Assembly: GCF_037042905.1 (NCBI RefSeq)
Contig: NC_087252.1
Location: 9,612,001-9,676,000, forward strand
Length of the DNA: 64,000 nucleotides
Reading direction: 5' to 3'
Origin: Lytechinus pictus
Lineage: Eukaryota
This document shows positions 39,513 through 53,396 of this stretch, piece after piece (the stretch's first letter is position 1; each line of letters begins with the position of its first letter). Made by a program: the position numbers and the translations under genes. Under the pieces are notes generated by a model. That model was given only the letters and a program-made list of their open reading frames with translations, had not been told where the DNA came from and did no database searches.

Positions 39513-41210
39513 AAAAAATGATAATATATGTATATATATATGTGTGTGTGTGTGTGTCTACAATCAATCAACAGTAGTGACAAAACTGCGAAATATCTCG
39601 GCGAACAATCTCGGAATTGAAGGAAATCAAAGCATCAAAAGATATCACATTTCTTCATTTCAAATAATTGCTAATGCCTAGTGCCTGCGAATAGCACTGG
39701 TAAATTAATGACTCACAAAAAAAAGCTAAACAAAGACACGAAACATATTTTTCTTTTACCCGATTGGAGACTGGCATACAGAATCTAAATGCCAAAAACC
39801 ACAGCAACCCCTCAGTACTTTGAGCAGTTACAAAAAAATTAAAAATCGCAAAACTGTGTACATTTTAAGAGAATTTCTACTTAAAAAAATAATAATTCCT
39901 GCAGCAGAGTCTGTAATCTTACTGCACTGTGTAATATTACATGCATTTGTGTAAAATTACAGAAAAAATATATTTGGTGTATGCAACCTTACACATTTAT
40001 TGTAATAAAACTGTTTTCCCCTTTTTTAAAACAGACCTGTTATGTAAGATTCTATAAAAATTGTATAAAATCTTTCATGTTTTAACAATTTACAAAATGA
40101 TTTGGTTACTTCTTTCTGTAAAATCTTCTGTTTTTTCCTTTCAGTGTATGTCTAGTTCCTTATAGTTTCAGTTCGTTATCTATACAACTAAAAGATATTT
40201 CGGAAAAAATCCTGTCTTGTCGGGAATAGATAAAAAAAAAAGTCTTGTTTGGTCTACTGGAGCGCATGCTGCAACTATTGTGACCACTTTTTCGAAATGA
40301 GGGCAAATCTTTCTAATTTTGCTCAAAATAAGTGTCAATTCGAAAAAATCTCAAACTATAAATACAGATAATTTGATTTAGTAAGAAATAAATAATAAGC
40401 AAATAAAATGGGAGAGCATTGTGGTACAGGTAGGAAACTCTAATGCAGTCCTTGCAATTATTATTATTGTCTCTGCGTAATAAAACCCGCACTTCTCTCC
40501 TTCCTTAACCCTGTACGATTCTGATTCTCAACCCCCCTTTTCAAAATATATTCCTGACCTCGCTCTTGCCCACTTAGGTATATTTTATTTTTAGAAACAA
40601 TGTCTCTCCCAATTTACAATGACTTAAGAGATACGATGTGATACTATGTTGCTCCTTTCCTCTCATAATACAGGTTTAACCGTGGATGTGGTAATGGATG
40701 CTAATAAACATTGTATAATGTAACTGTAAAAGAGAGGTTAAGAAAAGCCCTAAACTTTTCTCCTCAAGACCATTTCAAATGCACCTTTGAAACTTCTGTC
40801 GGAATACTGAGAGCAGTGGTAAATGATTTTTTTTCCCAAAGATTTTTGTCGTAGTTTATTATATTAACGTATATCAAATAGTTGAATCCAAAGGAACTGT
40901 TGCTGCGCTAGCGCCATGAGCGTCTCAGGACGGTGTGTGTGCTCAATAAGATATCACTATTATTATTATATCTTGTCTGTGTTCGTGCGTTGGTGTGCGT
41001 GAGTGTTTGGGTGTGTGTGTGTGTGGGGGGGGGGGTATGTAACATTATCATGCTTAGCAGGGCTCGCTAGGAGAACAGTTTTTGGAACTAAATCGGCTAT
41101 CCTGGGTAAAAATGACGTTATTATTATCATTATTATCATTATTTTATGATTACCATTATCATCATCATTATTATGTGTGTTCGAGTGTGGCCTATCAGCT
41201 CTATTGTTAA

Positions 41211-41793
41211 AGGAGAATGAAACCCTTGAAACCAGCTGAATCCATATCAAAGAGAAAAATCAAAGAAACATATTGTTGAAAGTTTGAGGAAGATTGAATG
41301 AATAATAAGAAAGTTATGAGCATTTGAATATTGAGATCACTAGTGCCATGTAGATCCTCCCATCGGCAATGCGACCAAGATCTATGATATCACACACGTA
41401 CAACTCCCTCATTACTTTAGTACTTATTTCACTTATATTCTCACTTTTATAGAGTATATCACAAGGTGAGGTGTTCTCTTTATGAGATGACAAGTACAGA
41501 GGTTTCACAACATTATATCATTGATGAATCGTTTGTCATATGATTAGAATGAGCAAAAAGAGATGTTTTGGGGTATATTTTCAGTGTCCAAATGGGAGAG
41601 TTGTACGTGTGTGACATCACAGATCTTGGTCGCATTGCCAATGGGAGGATCTCCATAGCATTAGTGATCTCGACATTCAAATGCTCATAACTCTTTTATT
41701 GCTAGTCCTATTTTACTCAAAGTTTTGTTGATCTTATTCTTTGATTTTTCTGCTTTCACAAAAGCTAACTTGCTCCAAGAGTTTCATTCTCCT
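41211..41793. mobile_element. Kolobok-like MITE
   Basis: AGGAGAATGAAAC...GTTTCATTCTCCT termini, long TIRs, TTAA TSD. Confidence 0.85.
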
Positions 41794-43084
41794 TTAAAGA
41801 ACCACAGTGGTGCATATTTATTACACACCTCCACCCTCAGGCCACGTTTATAAATTCTTCATATAACTGTAAATGTTTGATCAATAAAACTTGACTGAAA
41901 GCGTTAGAATATTAGATTTAATATTTTTCTTTCCAGTTGTTTGAATCATAGGCTACAAACTGACCCCAGGCTTTCGATTACTATTTTGTTTGAGATGCCA
42001 TTGAATCTTGTTTTCTTCGTATGCAAAGCCTTTATGTTAAGGCCCATTCATGAATGGCATGTGTGTGCGTAGGTGCGTGTGTTTAATTGAGTGTGTGTGT
42101 GACTGCGGTGCGCATTCATTAGCGTGTAGTGTACTAAAGTGCTATACAGTCACACCCACGAATACAACCCAAGACCGACCATAGTTATTGCGTTATTTCG
42201 AATGGCATGTCATCGCTCTTCTTGGGTTAGTCTCGCTGGTGACACTGTGGCGTAATGGGATGCACGCATTATATCAAGCGGCGTGTTTAGTTGCGTTTCC
42301 TTCCTATTGATTTTCACCGTTTAACATGACACCCAAAGGTCTCTTTAACTTCGACCCCCACTTTTCTCCCTCCTTTAAACGTCGCTAATTTCCCCCTTTT
42401 GAGCATTTTACAAAATCACCAGGCAACGGCCAGATATGACGTGGGCCCGCGTTTTGTACAGTTCTACTTACAGTGGATGGTCAAAGCCGTATTCACAGCA
42501 TGGCTATCTTCAAACAAAGATGGTAGTTGTAAAGCGGAAAATGCGGGGGAAAATGATTCCAATTTTCATAAAATTCCGGTGAAGCCTAGAAATCTACTTT
42601 CTAATATAGGTCGATGTCTTAAGCGGGACAATGGAAGCTTTACGAGAAGCGATGGTAATAATTCTTGATAAAGATCCATACCAGGTATAGGAATAATGTT
42701 AAAAATAATGATTTTGTATACCGCAAAATGCCTCTAAGCGCGGTTAAGAGGAAGGAAATATGAAGTATAAGGAAATAGAAATGCTTGATGAAGGATATAT
42801 TTGGGCAACAGGCAACATCTATAAAGTCCTACCCTTTTTTGGATGTATGAATGGATGACTGGTTAAGATGACGTATATGAACACCAACTGCTTGTATTCT
42901 CACGCTATGCAAACAACCAGTGATAACCTGGGAAATTAATGATAATTTATTATGATCATGAACGGAATGGATATGGTTGCATCACAAATTGATTTGAGAA
43001 AGGTATACATGTAGATTTGATGTAATGTATGTTAAGATTTAATCAGCTACGTAACACATTAAAGAGAGCCCTAATGAAACGGAC

Positions 43085-43959
43085 ACACGTACAGTGACCC
43101 ACAGTGTGTTCCAAAGTTAGTTAACTTTAAAATTGTCAAGAAAAAAAGGCCAAACTATCTTTATGCTGTACATTTCAGTATTTCAACAACATGAACCACA
43201 TTTCCACTATTTCCTGTATTGTGAACACACTGTGAAACACCAGAGAACTTTAAAATGTGAAATTATCATCACATTTTCTATATTTGGGTAAGTTGTGAGT
43301 TTGACCCACATTTTAATAGTTTAACGCTTTAAACACACCGAGAACGCACTGTGAACAGACTATAACACACTGTGAACACACTGTAAACACACTGTGAATA
43401 CACGGTAAACACATCGTAACACACTGTGACCAAACTGTAACACACTGTGAACACACTGTGACTAAACTGTAACACACTGTAAACACATTGTAACACACTG
43501 TGACCAAACTGTAACACAATATGAACACACGGCGAACAAACTGTAAAACACTGTAAACACATTGTAACACACTGTAAACACACTGTGACCAAACTGTAAC
43601 GTAACACACTGTGACCAAACTGTAACACACTGTGACCTAACTGTAACACACTGTCAACACACTGTGAACACATTGTTACACACTGTGACCAATTGTAACT
43701 CACTGCAAACACACTGTTAACACATTGTAACAGTGTGACCAAACTGTAACACACTGTGACCAATCTGTAACACACTGCAAACACACTGTTAACACATTGT
43801 AACAGTGTGACCAAACTGTAACACACTGTGATCAAACTGTAACACACTGTAAACACACTGTGAACACATTGTTACACACTGTGACCAAACTGTAACACAC
43901 TGTGAAAATACTGTAAACACGCTACGAACACACATCGTGAGACTGCTTTCCAGCACGTA
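43085..43959 (-). mobile_element. Non-autonomous element with an expanded internal minisatellite
   Basis: Ends in TTTCCAGCACGTA, the reverse complement of the 32631 terminus. Confidence 0.5.
43335..43920. repeat. Minisatellite of 10-11-bp units (TAACACACTG / TGACCAAACTG)
   Basis: Directly visible tandem array. Confidence 0.9.
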
Positions 43960-46900
43960 CGTTAGCCAAGTCGCACTCAGATTACTAGACTACACAAAGT
44001 TTACTGATAGAACTTGTAAATTGTATATTTTGGAGTTCCGTGTAAAGATGGCGATATGTTCTTTTGTTTGATTGAAGACATTATTTCACCTGACAGTGAG
44101 AAGAACAAAAATAATGTTCATTATTATGTTATACACCAACAAAATCGTGCATAATACAAGATTTTATTAGCCCCAAATGTTACAAAAATCAACTATTGAT
44201 TGGTGGGAGTCACAGAAACTGCAAATATAAATACATTTATTACACGTACACGTGGTGCAAACATTTTAGCTACTTTTATCACATTTTCTGATGTTACAGT
44301 GTATAAAAAGTGATGCATTGCTGTGGATTTTTGTTTTGCTATTTTTCATTAAAAAACACGAGGGGACTTTGAAAGCTCAAACCAATGGTTGACAACTGTC
44401 GTAACTGTCCAACGAATCGAGTTTGTCATCGACATTTCATGAAATTTCATTGAAATATGTTGTGTAAATGCTGACAATAAGAGTGCCGTTTTTCATTTTG
44501 ATCCTGACTTGGTCAATTTGTATTTCGGTCTTTGCCTCCATGATATTAATGCCCAAACGTTTCCTACTAATAATAAAACCGGTTTACTCTATCTTACTTT
44601 AAATGCTTTTAATAGAAAAGAGTAATAAAACGCGTATTCAAATTGATCTAATATGTACTATTGTGCCTAGATATTTTCAATCAGCGAAATTTATATAGAT
44701 CATTATTTTTGTTTCAGCGGACCAGCTTTTCAAAATTATTCGCAGCCAAAAAATGACGACAATTTTTAATAATTGATATAATCATGGGAGCAAACATTAC
44801 AATTTACCCCGAAGTGTATTAGATGACAATATCAATTAAAAAAGCTTATGAATAATAACGGTAAGAATCTAGAATAATAAAGTAAAAGCTTCAACTTTGA
44901 GGCTTTGTATTTTATGGTTTTACTTTTTTAATTTCCTTAATAAGAAATTAGCCTTAAAGGGTATTGATGGATGTGTCCCTGTAAGTCGTACACTTTATAG
45001 TTATTGCTTTCACATTAGGAAAATTGATTTTCTCAGTTGTTTGTATCTGGCAGAGTTTGAGTTCGACTGATAAGTGTGTGTATGCATGAAGTAAGAACTA
45101 CAACAATACATTTATATATATATATATATGTAATGATTTCATATTCCGCATCTTGGATACAGCTGAGACAAAAGAGAAAAAGAGGTAATGCATTTAATTC
45201 CAACAAAAAAGTTCCAAGTATTATCCACATTTTTGACGCAAACCTCGCGTCTTCGTCTGTGAGTTACGTATCCCTGACAAAGACGGGAGGTTTGCGTCGA
45301 AAATTTGGATAATACTTGGAAATGATATTTTTGTTGTTTATTCTCATTTTTCATATTCTCCCCCTTTTCCCCACTGAATCCCGTTCCTCTTGTTGCCCAT
45401 TTTCCTGTTTCTTTTGAAAACTACGTTAACATTGTCGCTATATAATTCCTTTGCTTAACGACGTCTGAATTTTATTTCCCCCGCCCTTGCTATTGCAAAT
45501 AAATAATAAAACATACACACTTTTTATTTAAACACCATCTTTAAAAAGATTTATGACTACATCATCTTAATAAGATCTTCAAACCACGATCAGTTCTATC
45601 GTAAAAAGGACTTTCTCAGCCACAACGCCTTCTGTTAGGAATAATTTACCATCTAATGTCAAATTGTTAAAATCCCTTGAGACATTCCTTTCTAAAGCAA
45701 AGTCTTTACCACAATACCACTCATTCAATCTCTCATACTCCTTCTATTTTACTTGTGCGCCTTTAAAATTTTAGAATAGAACATTGTATGCCTATTCATG
45801 TTAATGTATGCATGTAATAAAATGATGCCTTGCAATCATGCCAAAAATGAACGCTTTTTCTATTTCCCAGGCATTCATAGTAAATTTGCCAACGTAGCTG
45901 TGTCATATAGTGACGAACAATTCTATTATTTCTGCCAGTAGCGTCATGCGCCAAATATTTTGAGGGGGCCAGACATTGCCAATGAGGCAAAATTTATAAA
46001 AAGCTGCAAGCGAGCGAAGCGAGCAAGCCAAAACTTTGATTTATTTTTTTTTATTTTTTATTTTTTTTATATTTTTTATTTATATTTATATATTTTTTTT
46101 AAATACAAAAACATAACACCGATTGTGGCATAACATTCAGAATATCTTGTGTCATATTAAAAAAACTACTTTTCTTTCTCCTCCCCCCTGGGAGTGATTT
46201 TTTGGAAGGGAAGGAAGGGGGGGCGAGTGGTCGTTGGCCCCAGCCCAACATTTCTATCCCAGTGTCTGCTGCTAAGTTTTCACTTACCAGGCTCGGCTGC
46301 CTGCTCGGTGTAGCGTTGTAATATAATCGCGACATGGATATAGATTCTATAAATAGGGCGATATTTTATAATATAGGACGGGGTTGCACTGTTAGTTGAC
46401 GTTTCTAATAAAACCGAATGTCAACACAAGGCAGATCCATGGCTTTTATAAGTAACGCTGGGGCCCCAAGGTGACAGGAAAGGTGAAGTGAATGAAAGGC
46501 AATCTTCATGACTGGAAAAATATATATTGCGGATGATAGGGGGTGGGGCTTGTAATGTGTTGCCCTAACCGTTGCGCCAGACGGGACGTTTATCTTTTCG
46601 TGTGCTGTGACGAGTGACATTGTAATATGAGAGATAATATTCTTAATAGATTTAAATCCAATTAAATTTGTTTTATTAATAATTCGATATTTATCCACAC
46701 TTCAGCAGGAGAAGGGCAAAATAATGAGGTTATTGATTAATATTTCATTTGTTTCATTTGGAACATTAATTTACAATACACATTAATGACCAATCTAAAA
46801 TGGAATATCTAAAAATAATTATTTATTTCATATACCCACAGTGTTGCTGTTCGTAATAATCGTATGGTGTGAAAGTGCATTGCACTGTGTACATTTCTTC

Positions 46901-47169
46901 GGGAATTAAACTTAATTGCAACATTGTGCATTAATATATAAGCGTGCGATTATGGTAAGTAGCCAAGGACAATTATACTTTTCCTAGCTGTGCTTGAATC
47001 TAGCCGTACGACTTGACCTGAGGCGTTATTTTTCATTATTGTAGAGATGTATTCTCCCTTTTATGATTATATCGTTTCTAAAATAGAATTTAAAGCAAAT
47101 AATCACTGTTTTGGTCCAGGGGATGTGAAAAAAAAAACGTATTTCACTTCGTTGGCTACATGAGCTTAA

Positions 47170-47562
47170 AGATAAATTCCAGTTCTGATAACGATCTCAA
47201 AATGACTTTTTACAGAATCTAATATAATGACCACCAAAGTGTCTGTTTGTATGAATAAAAAATATGTGCCAAAGGATTCTGGAAGAAATTGTGTAATTGC
47301 TGAGAAATAAGCAAAATAAGCGCGGATTCGGGCACTTCCATCGGGTCTTTATTCCAGCAATAATAATACACTGTCCCACGTGTGCCTATCTGTGTTGGCG
47401 ATTTTCAGTGTGATCGTATTTCAGCTTAGATTTTATGATTTCACGAAGTTCAGTTTATGCAACTGTACCAGATCTAGATCCACGATGATATAGTCTTACT
47501 TAACCTTGGTTTTACAGACTTTCTCACGAAATTAGTGTTTTACTGCAACTACAATTTTTCTT
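47170..47562. mobile_element. Probable Kolobok-like MITE with degraded right end
   Basis: TTAA followed by AGATAAATTCCAGT. Weak inverted counterpart near 47545-47562. Confidence 0.4.
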
Positions 47563-47677
47563 CCGAGATGTTTAGACCAATAATTGCCTTGAAAACTAAC
47601 GGTTCTTCCTATCACTTTTTGTGTACCGTTTAACAATAATAAAGACCTGGTTTACAATCTTTATATCAACTCTAATA

Positions 47678-47924
47678 CACTGTAAAAAATATTGGGTAAA
47701 TTTTTTTCCACCACGAGAATAATTATGTGTCCGACCAATTTTGAGCAGTATTTTACCCAATGCAAGAAGCATATTGTCTAGTAAGGTTAAAAAATAGGCA
47801 GCAATTACTTTAGAATGTGCAACATTTTCATCACACTGGAAAATAAAAATGCCCAAAAGAAATGCCCGATGTTGGTTGAACACATAATTAACCTCATGGG
47901 GCACTTCTATCCAAGAATAGAGTG
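47678..47924. mobile_element. CACT-terminated MITE (copies also at about 468-725 and, inverted, about 11970-12205)
   Basis: TA|CACTGTAAAAAATATTGGGTAAA...GAGTG|TA. The internal GCAGTATTTTACCCAATGC is shared among the three copies. Confidence 0.7.
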
Positions 47925-48133
47925 TATTAGAAATCTAAATTGAATGACTTCATGGGCATTAAACCGCTATTGCTAAACTTTTACTACAACAAGTACTAAC
48001 CACGGTCCCCTGTTTTTGTGTGTGACTTTTTGTCCAATCAAAACCAGTATCACGACGGGCATGTTATGATTATAATCGACGATAACCGATAAACCGTGTC
48101 AAGTAGCAGGTTATGTTATCGGGGTATAGCTTA

Positions 48134-48376
48134 CACTGCAAAAAAATCTGGTGTTGATTTAACACCAGCCCGGAATCTATAGATGTCCACACCGGAGAAG
48201 TGTTAAACAACACCAGTTTCGTTTTTGTCTAACACCAGATAGGCGTTTATACAACACCAATTAGTATCAAAACAGCATCGGTTTGATTCCAAACTGGTGT
48301 TGTTTCAATACTTATTTGGTGTGGACATATATAGATTCCGGGCTGGTGTTAAATCAACCCCGGAGTTTTTGCAGTG
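48134..48376. mobile_element. CACTG-terminated palindromic MITE
   Basis: TIRs of about 85 bp (CACTGCAAAAA...GATTTAACACCAGCCCGGAATCTAT) with TA flanks. Confidence 0.85.
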
Positions 48377-49634
48377 TATGTAAGACTCATAATCTGTACT
48401 AGAGTCCTTATGGGCCTTGTTTCATAGACTATGATAGAAAAAACGTAAACAGGGGCGATAGCATTGGATATCAAATCATAACTGCATTTGATGTACTTTA
48501 TAAAAATATATTATACTCTACCATATCGGATTACAAGCTAGAGTAACTGATGCGTGAACAGTACGCGTATTTAACTCAATTAGTCCAAGTAAGCCTATAT
48601 TGATCAAATATAAACAGAGCGGCATTGACTTTGGATTGGTTCGTTACTATGGTAACTGATTCCCTTAGCAACGACAAAGCGTTGAGGGATATACCTGACC
48701 GGCTGTTTCTTAAAATAGTCTTCGTATCATTCAGATTTCATTTAATGATAGAGGAGATAAACTGATGGAAGATGTTAATACAATTCACATAGCATAAAAG
48801 TCTAGAAAAAAATAAAAGAATATGTAAGAATATATATATATAAAGAGAGAGAGAGAAAGAAAGAAAGAAAGAAAGAGGGGGGTGGGGTTAGGGAGAGTTA
48901 TCGAGAGAGAGGGGGAGAGAAAAATAGTGTGTGTGTTGCGCGTGTGTGGGTGTGTGAGAGAGAGATAGAGGGAACAGACAGAAATAGAAAGAGAGAGAGA
49001 TAAAGTAAAAGAGGGGGCACGGAGACAGTCGAGGGTGGTATACAAAGTTAACGAAGTGCAAATGAGATACTTAGGCACGTTTGGTGTGACATTTACTATA
49101 AAAACAACAAGAAGTTTATTAATCCATGAAGTAATCAACAATGCGCAACGCAAATCATAAGCAACAAACAACGAACAGACCAATTAAGCCTTCAAAAACT
49201 TTCCAATTCAAGCCGGTCTCACATCATATCAGCTAGCATATACCAATTAAAAGTACCCCGTGCTATTTGATGAGTGGCATGTACTTCGCAGTATTAGAAT
49301 TGTCACCCTAGATACGCAATTAAAACAAATGTGTTTGTGTTAGCGTGCATCACGTATTGTTTACTCAGACGACAATTATATTCTAATGTCATGTTATTTG
49401 CAATACATATTCTCATCAAGAGACATTTTTTTATATCTCGAGAAAGAAAGGTATACGAGCGAAGCCTTCTTTTTCAAAACAGACGAATTATTTCCACGAT
49501 TATAATACCATTGCATTTCATTCAGTAACTATTATCCTTCTTTGTTTTCCCCCTTTTTCTCTTTATTCCTCCTTATACAACCATTCTCTCTCCTTCTTAG
49601 TAGCAATAGCAGCAGTAATAGCATTATGATATGG

Positions 49635-49807
49635 TGGTATTATTATCATTGTTATTATTATCATCATTATTATTAGTAGTAGTATTATTTGTATAATAGT
49701 AATACTAATAATATTGATAGTCATGATAATTATTATTATAATAATGATAATTATTATCATCATCATTATCATTATTATTATTATTATTATCATTACTGCT
49801 GCTGCTG

Positions 49808-49856
<49 letters not shown>

Positions 49857-49960
49857 ACAGTAAAAGGGCTGTTTAAGAGTATACCTGTCGTGGTAATAGT
49901 GGTGATGGTGGTGGTGGTGGTGGTAGAAAGTAGAAGTTGTAGTAATGGTAGTAGTTGTAG
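49635..49960. repeat. Compound trinucleotide microsatellite (ATT/CTG/TAC/GGT)
   Basis: Directly visible. Confidence 0.9.
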
Positions 49961-50892
49961 TAAAAACTGTAGCAGTTGTATTCCATAAGGCAGTTTGTAA
50001 TAGTATCGTTATCATTATTGTTGTTGTTGTTTTTATTGACATCATCAACACATCAATCCCCACCTTCATCACCGCCAGTATACCAACAATATCACCATTA
50101 TAATTAGAAACACCCCCAGTCGTAAGATATTTAGCAAATCGTTAAAATTAATGCTACTGGAAGATTATAATTAATTTGGTATGGTAAAATACTGCCTGAA
50201 AACAAATAATTCTATATAAATATTTTGTGAATAGCTTAGATGTTTTTTTCTTGTAAATAGTGTAAATATGTTCACTGAAAATGATCAAAATTTTCTGCAA
50301 CAGTAATAAGTAGAATTAGTACTGAATTTGATGTACAATATTGAGATTTAGTTAAATTTATTGTTTAAACTATGTTAATGACATTATTTGGGGCTAACCT
50401 CGATTAGCATCTTGCTATTATGTTAGCTCCAATTACCAAATGTTTTGTTTATATGTGATATACTATTCCTTGTAATTGTACCTGACAGTGATATTTGGTA
50501 ATAAATAATCACCGTCCACCGCCTCTGCTAAAACAAATGCCATCATTATCATCATAATTATTATTATCATTAATATCATGTCGATTTCCTTCTTCATTTT
50601 GATGTCGTCTTCGATTATCAATTATAATTCCACTATTTTCAACATTTCCATAACGCAATTATTTTCATTTAATATTCGGACGGGTATCCTTTCTACACCA
50701 TTCATAAAGTAAAATCAATAGCTGATGGAGACCCCAGGCGAACGATCAATCATTGTGAATTATTTAGATCGTATTTCTCGCATATTAGACGACTGCTCTT
50801 AATTCTTTCATTAATTATTCAGAATACTTTGACTATAATGGCCATGACCATTATTGAAAAGAATAAGGCAATTGAACTGATTGTCATAACGC

Positions 50893-51187
50893 GGTGGGTG
50901 TTTCATAAAGCTGTTCGTAAAGGGGCTTTCACTACTGCTCGTCCGAACGTTTGCGATCATTTGGTCACAATATATGTTGCACAGAATCGCAACGGTTGTA
51001 AGCAGTCGCACCACCAATTGTGAAAAGGGCATAAGTTAAGAGTGACTTTGCGAACGACTGTTGAACATTTACGCGCTAAATAATTACCAATCAACATTTA
51101 ATGGTGTACATATATTACCACTAGAAAGGATCACCAGTCGTTCTTGAAATCACTCTTAACTTACGAACAGCTTTATGAAACAGCCCC
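50893..51187. mobile_element. PIF/Harbinger-like MITE (partial relative at about 58070-58222)
   Basis: TIR GTTTCATAAAGCTGTTCGTAA...TTACGAACAGCTTTATGAAAC. Confidence 0.7.
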
Positions 51188-51797
51188 ATTGTGGTGCTTC
51201 AGACACACTGAGGAACTCGATACCAAACCGACCGTGATATTGCATTGGTAAAAACGCAATAGATTTGGTCGGTCAGGGGCCGGTTCTTGGAGATGGGACT
51301 GGTAGCATAGTGGCAATATTGGTCACTCAAATACGATAAGAAAAAAAATATACCTTGAAAATATTGCAGTTTCGTATGTGTATATATGCATCATGTAGTA
51401 TAACTGAGTATTGAGAATACTGGTGCAGAAATTGGGTTGAAAATAGAAGAAGGCGGGGGTTGCTACTCAAGACCCCCATTTGTTTCCTTCACATAATTTG
51501 CACGTTAAGCTTGTTTTTGTTATGATAGGCCGTACTAAATTAGTTGTGAGATTAATGAATTCCTGGATACAATGTTCACAATACAAATTTCTTAGATACA
51601 CAACTAAATTAATAAGGTAGGCCCAAAGGGATTCGTCCTATTGAGGCATTGTACATGTGCACGTCATTTACGAGAAGACGTAAAAGGGAATTTTTCGTAT
51701 TAAAGCAAGGGCATAACGCGCTTATCGTATTGATGGTAAGAAAAACGAAAAAAAAAAGATGAATAACAGGGAAGCATATTCTATAGAAATGCAAATT

Positions 51798-52068
51798 GGT
51801 CCCCGTCTTACAAAGAGATACGATTGATCCGATCAATCTTAACTATATGGAAATCAATCAATGTCTTTTTTTCTACAGGACATTTGCACACTGTACTAGG
51901 TTAACAAAAAGAAGCACTCTGAATTTCTAAGAAAACATGGAATGTATGAATATACATCATATCTAGAAAATATTTTGAATAAACATGAATTTTAGAAGTG
52001 GACGTTGCAGGCCTTCCATAGTTGTGGTTGATCGGATCAATCACTACTCTTTTTGTAAGACGGGGCCC
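51798..52068. mobile_element. PIF/Harbinger-like MITE
   Basis: TIR CCCCGTCTTACAAAGAG...TTTGTAAGACGGGG. Same family as 59344-59613. Confidence 0.75.
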
Positions 52069-52683
52069 TAGACGACACACTTCAGAAGGTTGGAAATTTT
52101 GAAATGTCTCGAAATATCATTGATACAAGATCTAGTCAGGTTGAGCGCATGCAATACTATCTCAAGGGCTACATTGTTTTCGCACAGTAATCGGCCCCTA
52201 AAACGATTGCGTGTATTTTTTTATTTATTTATTTCTACTAATTTATCTATTCATTTATATAATTATTCATATTTTACCAGGGTAACTCATTCAACAAAAG
52301 TTTATCTCCCATGACGACCTGGATAACAACAATTTCAACAATTATAATTACAATAGATATACAATTAAAAGAATCTATGATGATAATACATAATTATACA
52401 ATCATCAAGTCATAAGATGTTGTTAAAATACATATAAAGTGACAACAGCATTATAAATAAATCAAAAATGGAGTGACCAATATATTCTGGCTGGATGCGC
52501 TAAGAGGAATCCCAGTATATGGTGTAAATTACTTTTTACTTGAATCATCGTTTTGAGTTCATTCTGAAGAAGATTCATTCACCAGTAAACTTGGTCAATA
52601 GAAGAAAAATAGGATATTCGACCCATAATTTTCAGCTAATACTAATATGATATTTCATTCAACCCGTGATTTTCAGCTTATAC

Positions 52684-52805
52684 AAGGGGCCTCAGAAACC
52701 GTGTACAAAAAGTAAAAATGATCATCTGGTTGTGATATCTGGTTGTGATCACACCCCCACTTTCGGCTCAGTGCCCCCACTTTTAAAACTGTTCCGCGGC
52801 CCCTG
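52684..52805. mobile_element. Short MITE with 5-bp TSD (family of 31510-31661)
   Basis: Right end GTTCCGCGGCCCCTG, TATAC flanks, shared internal CCGTGTACAAAAA. Confidence 0.6.
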
Positions 52806-53396
52806 TATACTAATTCATTTTAAAATGTTGCCCTATTCAAATGCAACCTGGATCTACTTTCTCTTCGTACAATGCCACGACGATTCATTCAACTACGATG
52901 CCCTTACTGCACGCCGACTCCATAATGAACAAAGATTGCGCTTCTATACGTGCCGATAGAATATCAATATAATTTACAAATTATCATGAAGCGTTTGGTT
53001 TCACGGTATCTCGGCAACGGCACTTTAATTCCTGGGAATCGTTTTATTTTTCATTTACTTAAAATCAAACATGATTTATATCACTGGTTACGATTGGTTA
53101 TCCTATTATCTAGTATAAAATTAATCAGGTCATCGTAAGATGATCATATTGAAGTGTAATTCTGCTTCTTGCATTGCTTAAATCGGAGTAAGAAAGTAGT
53201 TTTCCCGTAAATAACATTTTCCTTTCTGCATGTTCTATATCCATTTGCATTTTTACTTTCCTTCGCTTTCCCCTATCTCCCCCTATCATTCTTTCTTTCT
53301 TTCTCCCACACTCTATATCTTAGCTTAGGTCACTCTGAACTTCAATTCAATAATGATAATATTGGTAATTTTTGGAAATGTGCCACCTAAGTTCAC

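Noticed and set aside
42470..42680. Possible - strand exon ending at donor CCACT|GTAAGT
   Set aside because: All three frames from the nearest acceptor hit stops. At best it is a non-coding exon, and it is unsupported.
32631..43959. Possible second giant foldback defined by the inverted terminus TACGTGCTGGAAA 11 kb apart
   Set aside because: Each end belongs to its own short element with its own opposite end. Two inverted copies of one family explain it better, and no informative TSD supports a single unit.
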